NCBI GenBank assembly: GCA_030704615.1
Contig: CM060734.1
Location: 12,710,001-12,774,000 of the forward strand
Source: Takakia lepidozioides
Lineage: Eukaryota; Plantae; Bryophyta
Reading direction: 5' to 3'
DNA: 64,000 bases
The notes below the pieces were generated by a model. The model was not told where the DNA came from and searched no databases. It saw nothing but the letters and a program-made list of their open reading frames with translations. Shown here piece by piece: positions 13,824 through 24,500 of this stretch (position 1 is the stretch's first letter; the number at the start of each line of letters is the position of its first letter). A program made the position numbers and the translations under genes.

Positions 13824-14514
13824 AACCCCACAAAACAACTTGGAAGTAGAATTGTCGCACCATGTTGTTCCCAAGTTTCATTTAAAAAAAACCAAACTAG
13901 GGCTTCGCGATGCTCCGCACTACCAATGACGAATGGTAACTGAGTGCTGAATGGAGGAGAAAGACAGAACAGAAGAGTTATAAGATTTATGATTTTAACA
14001 TAGCGTATATCAGAGCCGATATAATTGCTATTAGAAGGGGTGAGGGAAATAAATTCACTAAGTAGCAAAAGTTTCCGAAATATACATCATAAAATGATTG
14101 GAACATAGTATTTATTCATGATTCTATTTTTTTTTAAATAAATAGGGGAGGAATGTCCTTTAATTCATATTAAGAGATAAAGTGAGAAAAAATTAATTTG
14201 ATTTGTAGGAAGCTTAAATGTTGGATGTATTGGTTCACTTTAACCGTATATGAAGTACTGACAATGGTACAGCTATATCAGGGTAGCGCTGTGGCTTTTG
14301 CTTATGTCAAAAAAGAAGTGGTTTTAAATAACCCGTGATATAGGGTGTATCCACTTGCTGATTTTGGGCAACATTGGTGGGCATTGAATTGTTTTTTTTA
14401 AATCCTCTTTCCGGTATCAATTCATGACATTTATTTATTTATGGACGTGCCTCTATGTGATTCGTAAGTGGTGAGAGAGGTTTAGAATTATGAGGTTCAT
14501 TCATGGACCTTTCC

Positions 14515-16160
14515 TTTAATCCCACAAGAACAAACCCCATCTTCAAAGTGGTGAAAGTGGTTAGTGCCCAGTAAAATAATTTGCTTGGTGGACAATCTTT
14601 GAGATGAACCTGGTGGCGGGTGTCAGGTACATACCCTGCCTTCTCCATCTGCCGAGACAATCTTCTCAGCTGAGCATGGATCTCCTCAATTTTTAGATGC
14701 AATTTATCATCTACAAAAAAGGTGTGCACCCTGTTGTCAACCTCAATGCAGTAGTGACATGGCTCCTTTCTAACCCACATCATTTTCCTCACCTGCGTTG
14801 CATGTCATACCTGCCAGCTGCAGCATAGATGTTTGACAGCAACACGTAAGTCGCAGCATCCTGTTCATCCTACTTGAGAATAGATGTTGCAGCACGTTCA
14901 GCCATCTCCACATTGCCGTGAATCTTGCAGGCACCAAGCAAGGTCCTCCATACCACAACATCTAGTTTAATTGGAATGTTGTTAATGAAGTCCTCTGCCT
15001 CATCTAATCGCCCTGCACGACCAAGAAGGTCAACCATGCAGACAAAATGCTCTACTGTTGGAGTGACACCATGATCTTGACTCAGTGAATCAAAGTAGTG
15101 TTTTCCTTCATCCACTAGGCCAACATGGTTATATATGGAGAAAACACATATGAAGGTGATATTGTCCAGTTCAAACCTTCCTTTTGCATTCCGTCAAATA
15201 GTTGCAGGGCATTCCTGTGACAACCATGCTGGATATATCCTGTGATCATTGCAGTTCATGACACCAGATTTCGTTCAGCCATATTGTCAAACACTCCTTT
15301 TGCATCTTCGATGCTGCTGCATTTGGCATACATGTACATCAGGTACAATTCCAGCTTTCATGATGTCTTCATGGACCTTTTTTCCCTTTTCCAGGGCTGC
15401 TAGGCTGGCACACACATTGCAAACACAAATGAATGTAATATGGTCCGGCTTCACCCCTTTCCACATCATCTGCTCATAGGTCTCCAAAGCCTCCATCCCA
15501 CACCCATACTGGGAATATCCTGCAATCATTGTGTTCCATGACACCACATTTTTTTCAGCCATACTGTCAAACACTATCTTTGCATCTTTGATGCTGCCAC
15601 ATTTGGCATACATGTCCACGAGGCTATTGTTCAGAATGACATCAGGTACAATTCTTGCTTTCATAATGTCATTATGGACATTTTTTTCTTTTTCCAGGGC
15701 TGCTAGGCTAGCACATGCATTGCAAATGCAAATGAATGCAACCTGGTCTGGCTTCACCCCTTCCCACATCATTTGATCATAGGTCTCCAAAGCCTTCATC
15801 CCACACCCATGCTGAGCATATCCTGCAATCATTGCACTCCAGGATACCACATCTCGTTTAGTCATATTGTCGAACACTACCTTTGCATCTTCGATGCTCC
15901 CACATTTGGCATACATGTTCACCAGGGCAATGTTTAGAATGACCTCTGGTACAATCCCAGCTTTGATGATGTCAGCATGGACCTCTTTGGCCTTTTCCAG
16001 GGCTGCCAGGCTCGCACATGCATTGCAAACACAAATGAATGTGACCTGGTCTGGCTTCACCCCTTCCCACATCATTTGCTCAAAGCCTCCATCCCATACC
16101 CATGCTGGGCATATGCTGCAATCATTGAGGTCCAGGATACCACATTTCCTTTAGACATAT
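14515..16160 (-). pseudogene. PLS-class PPR protein with E/E+ and internally deleted DYW domain (RNA-editing factor pseudogene)
   Basis: Repeated ~101-aa PLS triplets (GVKPDQVTF..ALVNMYAKCGSIEDAKVVFD..DVVSW), HFVCMVDLLGRAGRL, VWRTLLGACKIHGN, GYVPDT and terminal HHFEDGVCSCG; several frameshifts and stops. Confidence 0.92.
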
Positions 16161-16439
16161 AATTATCACAATTGCACAAAACCAGCATGCATCCAACATC
16201 AAAGACCACAAAAGACACAAGGTAAAAGGTGCCACACACACTCACAACAGCGAGAGAGAGAGAGAGAGAATGAATGTACTCATCAGACGTTGATTGCCGT
16301 AGAAAGCAGGGAACAAGAAAGACAGCGGGGCCCTAAACAAGCAGCCCAAAAACAAGAGTTGTTTAAAAAAATCACAGTATTATTTGCATACGTCATGACC
16401 TTAACATCTGCAAGCCTTGGCTGCAGAGGGAGAGATATG

Positions 16440-16990
16440 CATTGGACACAAAATGCTTGCTACAGGCTTATGCCATAGATCTTTGAACGGCATGAGAGAA
16501 GGGATACTAATCTCGTCTTGCAGGATTCCCTTTGCCTCCTTCTCTAAAAGCCTTGGATCCACCTACCCTCCCACAACATAACATAAGACAAAGTCTTCTA
16601 CTAACACACATAAGAGCCAAGGAATCTTAAAAATTCCAGCCGGCTTCGAAATGGTGCTTCACAGACATTGTTTAAACAGAATCAGATGTAATTGTGAATG
16701 AAGGAAGTTGGTTAACGGAGGCCGCCTTAAGTGCACACATCTTACCAAACCACTTATAGCCATTGACATCTCCAACCAGTTTGTCCAAAGTTTCCCATGT
16801 CTCTGCCCTGCACAGATACGAATACCATTTGCCTGAAGAAAATGTCCCACTCCAAATTGTTTCCTTTGGTTAGTCAGCCCTGAGAAGTTGAAAGTGCCCA
16901 GCCGCAAGCCAGCCCTTTGCATACGGATTGTTTGCCGTCTAGGTGGCCTATGATTGCTCCTGGACGGCCAACCGATCTGCAAAGGGGGTC
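16440..16990 (-). mobile_element. Internally deleted LINE derivative (APE endonuclease start joined to a family-type 3' end)
   Basis: LRLGTFNFSGLTNQRKQ..IRICAGQ-ETW is an APE N-terminus; about 300 bp downstream lies a diverged GFLE..KTRI-like segment and the GATCTATGGCATAAGCCTGTAGCAA 3' motif. Confidence 0.6.
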
Positions 16991-17349
16991 CGATTACCCC
17001 GTGTGTAGATTTGTGGGTTCACAAGACGAGGTATTCGGTTCAGACCACCTTCACCGCCACCCTCAACTACTGAAGAGTCTTGTGTAAACTTTAAGGATTG
17101 GCAAACAATTCAGAGTACCATATCCTCCACTCACACGACGCTCAGACTCAGCACACATCGGGCCAGCTAGTCTATCTGGCTGCTTGGTATCTACTCTACT
17201 TTGTTTACTCATCTCAGCTGCAGCGTCTGCAACCAGTAAAGGCCACCACTAGACAATCCACTGGTTACCTCATACGATCATTTTGAATCAAGCATTTCAC
17301 AGGCCTGACATAGTTTACTTGGCTCAGATGTGATAAGGATAGAAAATAT

Positions 17350-18110
17350 ACCTTGCTAGACTTGAAGCTTGAGGCGATCTTCTCCCATAACATACCCCCT
17401 GGCCACATCTGCAGACATGGACCCCCCTCAGTCACTCTCATGTGAAATCAATGAGTTCGCTAATGTGTAGAGAATTTAGATGTCTCCACCTGAGACATGG
17501 CACTGACAAAATTTGCCTTCATTGATTCGTTGCGGGTAGCCACTTCATATTTACTCTTGCACCCAGGATCGACAACAATCTTGGTATATGTAAATACCCT
17601 AAGCAGTACTGACCTCTCTGATAACAGAAGATTGATGCTTTGAATATGTCTGTATTCCATAAACTGTACTCGAGAGTTTTGCAATTGCAAACCAATCACC
17701 TGGCCAAGGGGTGCAGCCACTACTGTGTTGGCTGAAAATGTGATCCTCATATCGCTTGAGTTTACAGAGGGGCTGACCATTACTAGGGCTGCAATTAGGA
17801 CTCCTACTGCTAGACTCTGCCACCTCCATAATTTGTCTCCCACATCCTTGCATGCACCATGGCTCCTGATTGTGTAATTCGCTTCCATCTGCAAAGAAAG
17901 AGATTGTTGACTCAATTGGAAGTTTCACTAGTGCACTATCATTTCTCGTCTTGTCCGCCTTCACATCTTTCAGCATCATTTGCTTGCACATCCCCATACC
18001 CTCCATTCCACACACCTGCAGCGCATATGATGCAAGTACGCGGATTTAACATACATAGCTCGGAAATTGGCGCCGTAACGAAACGAACCGAACGAGAGAA
18101 AGAGAGCCTA
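17350..18110 (-). other. Putative 5' exons of a minus-strand gene (possibly the 5' end of the PPR locus)
   Basis: AG/GT-bounded segments ~17889-17780 and ~17408-17352 (MWPGGMLWEKIASSFKSSK); CT-rich leader near 18100. Linkage to the PPR is an inference. Confidence 0.3.
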
Positions 18111-18186
18111 TTCTGGCCTCTGCTAAAACCAGTTCCAACTTTGTCGTCACTGGTATTAGAACTAAAAAAACTCTTCATTAATGAAT

Positions 18187-18723
18187 GCCTCTCATTTTAG
18201 ATTAAATAGCGTCTTGAATACACAAGCGTGTGTGGCCTGTGGGCCCGCCACATCCAAACAAGGGGTCACCCTACCATGGTCGGGTCCGGGCCCTAGGGTC
18301 TGCCGCTACTTATCAGGGTCTCAGGCAGACCCGGTCTGTTGCCTTATCCCGGACTTAGAAGTTTTCAGAGACTTTATGAGTCTTTCCAGCTTCAAAAAGA
18401 ATTGGTTTACATCCACTTCTACATAATGGTACACACAACCACCACACTGTCAAGGATTGTACCCAACCACTGGGGTACTTGCAGCTTTCTCCTCAACATC
18501 CAAAATTTTATTGCTTTATTCTAAACTTTCGACCTTGGAATAGCGCGTACGCCTAAGGAGAGGCGTTCCCGCGGGTCTGCCGGGGCATGAGGAGACCCTC
18601 CATGCTGCAGACCATCCTTGCATACCCATGGCCCGGGTGGGTTTGACCCTCTTTTTTTTGCGGGTCCCACCATGTGTAGGCCCCACAATGCAATTAAGAC
18701 GCTATTAATCTAAAATGAGAGGC
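18187..18723. mobile_element. Non-autonomous MULE/MITE sharing termini with the large MULE
   Basis: Inverted termini GCCTCTCATTTTAGATTA(A)ATAGCGTCTT at both ends, similar to the large element's GCCTCTCATTTYAAGATAATAGGGTCTT; no recognisable TSD. Confidence 0.8.
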
Positions 18724-18757
18724 CATAAGCCTAGGCCCTGATTAATGTGGCCCACAC

Positions 18758-19573
18758 CAGCGTCCGGGAAATAATTTCAGTTGAACCAGCCAGTAGCCGC
18801 TCATTCCCAGCAGCAATCGGCTAAGTGGGTTGGGCAGTCGGTTGCTGCCCCTTAGTGGTAACTATACCCGGTCAATTTCTGAGATAATTTCTTTACAACC
18901 GGTAATATTCCTAATGATTTATTTTGTGTTCAGCTATAAATCCGGCCCTTATAAATATCAACCGGTTGACAACACAAGTGTCAAATGCACAACAATAAGT
19001 AAATAATAATAATAATAAATAATCACAACCAGTTTTAAGCAATTCAAACAAGTGAAGAACATTGTATCATTATAGAAGTTGGACCTGTCAATGCCTTCAA
19101 ACCACATGGAGGCCAAGAATTGAACCCGCGTGGACAGGTGAGTTGTGATAGCAGGCAGCGAGTGCAAGCAGGCGTGGGGCTGGGGGCTGCGAGAGCAACG
19201 TCCAGACTTAGTAGGGTTTGCCCGCGGGCCCGCCCTCTTGAGTTCAATATTTTTTCACCTAAACGCCTTTCCTCGGATGTAACCCGGCCTGGCATGTTGG
19301 ATTTCTGCCATGTGGTGGACTTCGACGGCCATTTCCATTTTTTGTAATATAAGAAGGGCCGGAATCCGTCCAGGCCTTGCCAACTAAGGCAGATTTCCTG
19401 TCTGTAATGAAATGGAAAGGCAAATATCCTTCCTAAAAGTAGGGCACCCGGTTGATTTCCACTTCGGCCATTTTTTCCCTTGGATCCATTTCCTGAGGTT
19501 TCATATTTCATTCGGAAATTTTGGAATTCAGTCGGCTAGCATGTAACTGGCTGCCGGTTCTCCCCGGACGTTG
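18758..19573. mobile_element. hAT-type MITE (816 bp)
   Basis: TIRs CAGCGTCCGGG and CAACGTCCGGG (reverse complement of right end); perfect 8-bp TSD GCCCACAC at 18750-18757 and 19574-19581; CCGG-rich subterminal motifs. Confidence 0.85.
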
Positions 19574-19589
19574 GCCCACACTATTTTAC

Positions 19590-20018
19590 GCCTCTCATTT
19601 CAAGATAATAGGGTCTTCAATGGGCACGTGCGATGTGGCCGGTGGGCCCTGCGCACGGACGCCCGGCTCCCCAGCACCCCGCCCACCCCGCCCGCCACTG
19701 CGCCCGGTCGCCCAGCTGCGGGCGCGGCTGCAGCAACCACGCCCGCGCCCCCGTCCGCCGCGCGGCCAATCCCCCGCCCATGAGTCCGCTGCCATCCAGT
19801 CTGCCAGTCCGCTGCCAGCAGTCTACCAGTCCGCCAGTGTGCCCGCCAGTCCGGTGCCCAGCAGTCTGCCAGTCCGCCAGTCTGCCCGCCAGTCCGGTGC
19901 CCAGCAGTCTGCCAGTCCGCCAGTCTGCCCGCCAGTCCGCTGGCCAGTCCCCTGCCATCCAGTCCGCTGACGGCGCAGGATCCCATAACCCATCCGAGCC
20001 CTCCATTTTTAGGGCTGC
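19590..20018 (+). repeat. Left TIR of MULE with internal CAGTC(C/T)GC array
   Basis: Reverse complement of 31733-32156 with small indels; GC-rich, with about 20 CAGTCYG units at 19780-19970. Confidence 0.95.
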
Positions 20019-21571
20019 GAAAATGGAAATGATCTTCCCACCAAATCCCAGCCGCTCTCTTTTGACGGCTGTTTGTTGTCCGATGTTCCGGTAGGCGTTT
20101 CCATGCACGCGACTGTTCCTCTTTTGCGCGCGATGTTCATGATGATGATGAAGCATGTGCTTGAACATGAGAGGACTGTCTCGGCACTACAGCCACCATC
20201 GTGCATATGCTTCCACTATTTTTGCCTTCTTGTTGTGCTTTCGGGAACCTTCGTTTTATGGTTTGGTTCTATGTCATAAATATGGAAAATGCCGACATCT
20301 GTCGTCGATAACGTCCTCTGCTTGTGATCCGTCATGATACGTTTAGCCCTTTCGTACTGCATCCCTCATGAGAGCCTTCACAAGTTTAGTTCGTTAAAGG
20401 AACCCATGGGTAACATGTGCGCGAAAATGGTGGAAGCGTATGCACATGGGGGCGTGTATTGCAGATTTCATATCGGACGATGGGACTGTTTATGTGACCA
20501 AGTACAGCGGCTTGCATCCGTCGTGCATAAGTTGTGGAAAAGGGTGGAGAATCTGAAGAAACCCAGCTTTGTGATGGATCCACATGGTATTATATAAGGG
20601 ATGGCAGCACAAAAAAGCAATTCGAGTCGTCACGAAACACCATCCAGTGTTAAGGTCCTCAAACATCCACACGCACCTGCTGATGTCTGAGCCACGAGGC
20701 GGACATCAGCAGACGGACTAGGCTGAGACAATTGCATCTGCAAATGTGCATGGATGTTTGAGGTCCGTTGTGTCGCGAGTCTGTTCACAGTGAGTCCGTT
20801 GGCCCGTCAGTGCTCCGGATATTCCCCTTATCGCGTGCATAACAGTCAGTTTGGAGGCGGTCTGCTGGAAGTCCGTCTGTTGGGATATCAGTCTGTCGCA
20901 CTTGTGAATTTGTCAGCCTGTTGTGTCGGAAGTCTGTTGCACTAAGTCTGTTTGACTTCTTATTTTCCCTCCGGTCAGTCTTTTGGCTTGTTCTCCCGCC
21001 AGTCTGGTGAAACGTCCGTCTGCTGGACAGTTCTCCTCTATGGATATCAGTCTGTTGGACTGTGCATGCATCAGTCTGTTGTGCCGCGAGTCTGTTCACA
21101 ATGGGTGTGTTTGACTTTCCTGTTCTCCCCTTACTCTCTTTTGTCTTCATTCCGCTGGCAGGGAAGTGCCTCCAATATGAAGCCGCTTCGCCTCAGCGAA
21201 GCGAATAGTCCGCTGGACTGGCGGTCCGGTGGACTCTCTGCCCGATGGGAAATGAGTCCGCTGCACTTGCGAGGACCGTGGATGAATTTAGTACGATGCG
21301 TTCGTTCGGTGGACGTATTCAATGCGATGACGGCGGATAGTTGGCGCCTGTGAAATCGCGCCCCGTTGGCAGTGCCATGCCCGCTTTCCCCCTTCTATTT
21401 CAACTTTCTTCTCATGTTCCCTGTGCGATCGACTCCATTCTCTTCGCGCCTGTTTCTTCGCACAGTTTTACACTATTTTGTTTTCCTCTTTGCGTTTCCA
21501 TCACCGTAACGAAAGACGACCGTTCTTTCCCAGGTGTGGAGAGTCGCGGTGAGCCGCGAAGCGTCGCAAAC

Positions 21572-24500
21572 ATGCTCGCCTTCGTAACATCTCAAAGTTC
21601 ATCGTCTCGGTGAGGTTCTCACTTGATGCGGTGTTTCCATTCCATTTTGTGTCCTCTTCTTGCTTAGGGTGAGTCTTTTCATAGGACTTCTATCTGTCGC
21701 TCATTGTCCTTGCACCTTCGTTTCATTCTGCAGCGATGGAGGATGCTTGTGAAAAAGGTGGAGCGGACTGGGTGGATTTTGTGCACCAAACCAGACTGAA
21801 GAGGAGCGAAGGTACTGGTACTCACCAGACGAGTTTGATCATAAAATAGTGGAAGCATTTATAGACCTCCGCGCCCGGAAGCCCAAAAACTCAAATTGGC
21901 AGAAAGACAAGCTCTTCTGTCCTTTCTGTGAAGAGGTTATCAAGGACAAAATCCAACTAAATCGGCATTGTGTTGACACGGGTTGCAAGGAGACTGTTGC
22001 AATGATTCCACGGGATTTCAAGCCTTGGCCGATACTGAAAGAAATGTCGATTGTCAAAGAGGCCACAATGCGTTTGCGCGGATCAGTGCTTGACCCCCGC
22101 ACTTTGGAATTAGACGAAGTGCGCGCACGGTATGGTGTCCATTGTGGTGGCCCGTCAATGGAGGATTTGCAAGTGCAGGAAACGCCGGACGCTCCCAGAA
22201 AACGTAAACTGAGTGATGGGGCCCAAAAAAAGGAGAGGCAAAAAAAGGAGAAGGCTGCAAGGTCTGCTCGCGAGGCAAGGGCAAAATCCACGCAACAGAC
22301 TGAACCCCGTCCTGGGCGGCAGACCCACACCATCAGTACTGATACTGAAAGTGAATCTGCTCAGGGCCTGGAAGGGGTGACAAGTCCAGTGGACATTGAC
22401 TTGCCTGACCAGACTCGGCAACAGACTCACACATATCGCGACCCATGCCATCGGTTTAGGGTCAAAACCAAAAACTCAACAGAGCACTAAAGGGCCAGTC
22501 TGCCCTGGCACATTGCGCCTCGTTGACTTTGGGCTTTTCCCACCAGAGTGCCCACCAATTGGGGATCCAGACTTCTTCCGTTATTTCTACAGAGTTGCCC
22601 AGTCAGGTCTGCTACGCACATTCATCCGACAGGCGGAACAGAATTGGTTGAACAGCTTTGAAGATGAAGATGACGATGATGAAGTAGATGAGGTAATGGT
22701 CAGTTTGACCGCCCAGTCTGTTCTCTGTGCTGTTTGAGTCCATCATCGGGGTCACGTTGCCTATTCAGTCTGGTCAGTCCGCTGCGTTCTCTCCTCAGTC
22801 CGCTGGTTCACTCCGCTCGTCAGTTAGTCTGTTTTATATCGCTGCATTACTTACTGAGTCCGTTTGTCAGTCCGCTGGTCCAGTCCACTGGTATAGTCTA
22901 CTAGTTGCCTCCACCCTACGTACGCACGTTACAGTCTGCTGGTCTGTGAGTCCAGTCCGCTGCATGAGGTGAATATAGAGTCCACGTCCATGTTCCTGAC
23001 GTCCAAGTTTTCTGTCGTGTACCAGGATGAACGTGTTTCTATTCGTAGGGCCATTCAGGCTTGGCGGATACCTAGCAATGATGCTCATTTACAAGCGACT
23101 GCAGTGCGTGCGGAAGTGGACCGCGTGTGAGAGTGCATATTATTGAAGTATCATGGGTCATCTGCTGCTATAGCGGCATTACATATTCAAGACGCGTCGG
23201 GGGGGAATGTGTCTGGGACAGCCGAGTCTGCCATCCAGCAGACTCCCATTCAGCAGGCCGTCATCTAGTAGACTCCCGTTCAGCAGCCTGTCATCCAGCA
23301 GACTCCAACGGAGCAGACTCCCAACGAGCAGCCTGTCATCCTGCAGACTCCTCTCCAGGAGCCCATCATGTAGCCCATGCCAATGGGAAGTCTTGTCATC
23401 CAATAGACTGCGGACCAGCAGACTGACCAGCAGATTGCCTTTCTCTCACATAGCACGGCGCTTTTTGCAGTTTGGCGATCGCCATCACCGGTAATTCGAC
23501 CCGGAGCTAAAGACCTCACACTTCCCCGGCTTAGGGTGGGAGAAATTAATCCCCATTGGATTGGAATAATGAGCTCCACCGGATTGTTGCGGACCGCCGG
23601 TGGTCATTTGTACCCTTTTCATTATTCCATGGAGTTTTCTATTGAGGAAGCCAACCATGTTCTAGAAGCCGCCTCTGCTGTTGCCATTGAAGCCACAAGC
23701 GACCAAAATGCGCCGCCTCTACTTGTGCAGCTGATTCTCATGGATGACCCACGGCCTGAAGACCTCAGACATATGCCTATGGCACATTCAACCTTTGGGG
23801 TGCGAAGAAAGCACTTGTTCGGATTGACTGAGGAGGACTTTGAGCGCATGGCAGCTTCCTTCCTACAACACAGATGGATGCAATTTGGCAATTTCCGCTC
23901 ATACAACAAGTTGATGAAGGATCTGCATAGTTTGAGAATGGACTTACTCCATGGAACAGACCATTCACAGAAGTTTGTGGTGGATGACGCATTGCACTGG
24001 TTTGCATTGGTGATGGAGCGAGCAGTATTCGACATTGTTTTGCAGAAACCCAATGTCTTCTGTGGTGTGGGATCCCAATTAAAGACTGCATCGGCGCCAT
24101 TGCTCATCTCGATGGAGCATGCCTGTGCCGGAAAATCAAGGACATTGGCCTCGTCGGAAATCTCTTGGAAGGTAAAATGTTATGGGCAACTTTCGTGTTT
24201 CAGCTCAATTTCTCTTGCCAACTTTTTTAGAAGTTCACATTTGCATAAACATGTGTTGCAGGGCGAGTTGATCTAGGAGACAAGCAAGTGCAGGCTGCTT
24301 TCGACTCTTTTGCCAGAGGTGCAAGGGACCTTGTCCTGGCTTTACAAGGAGTTCGGGAGACTGTCCAGCAGACTGGCCACAAGAATGTCGAACAACATAT
24401 TCCCCACGACACATGTGGGCAGACTGCCCAAGTGCTGGAGACCGAGCATGTGCACCAGACCGTCCCGGGTAATAGGCCGGATCACTCCCAGCAGACTGCC

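Noticed and set aside
18178-18732. TSD for the MULE-type MITE
   Set aside because: Flanks TTAATGAAT and CATAAGCCT do not match.
19521-20168. Pro/Arg-rich ORFs in the left TIR (and mirror ORFs at 31745-32151)
   Set aside because: Open in many frames only because of GC-rich TIR repeats.
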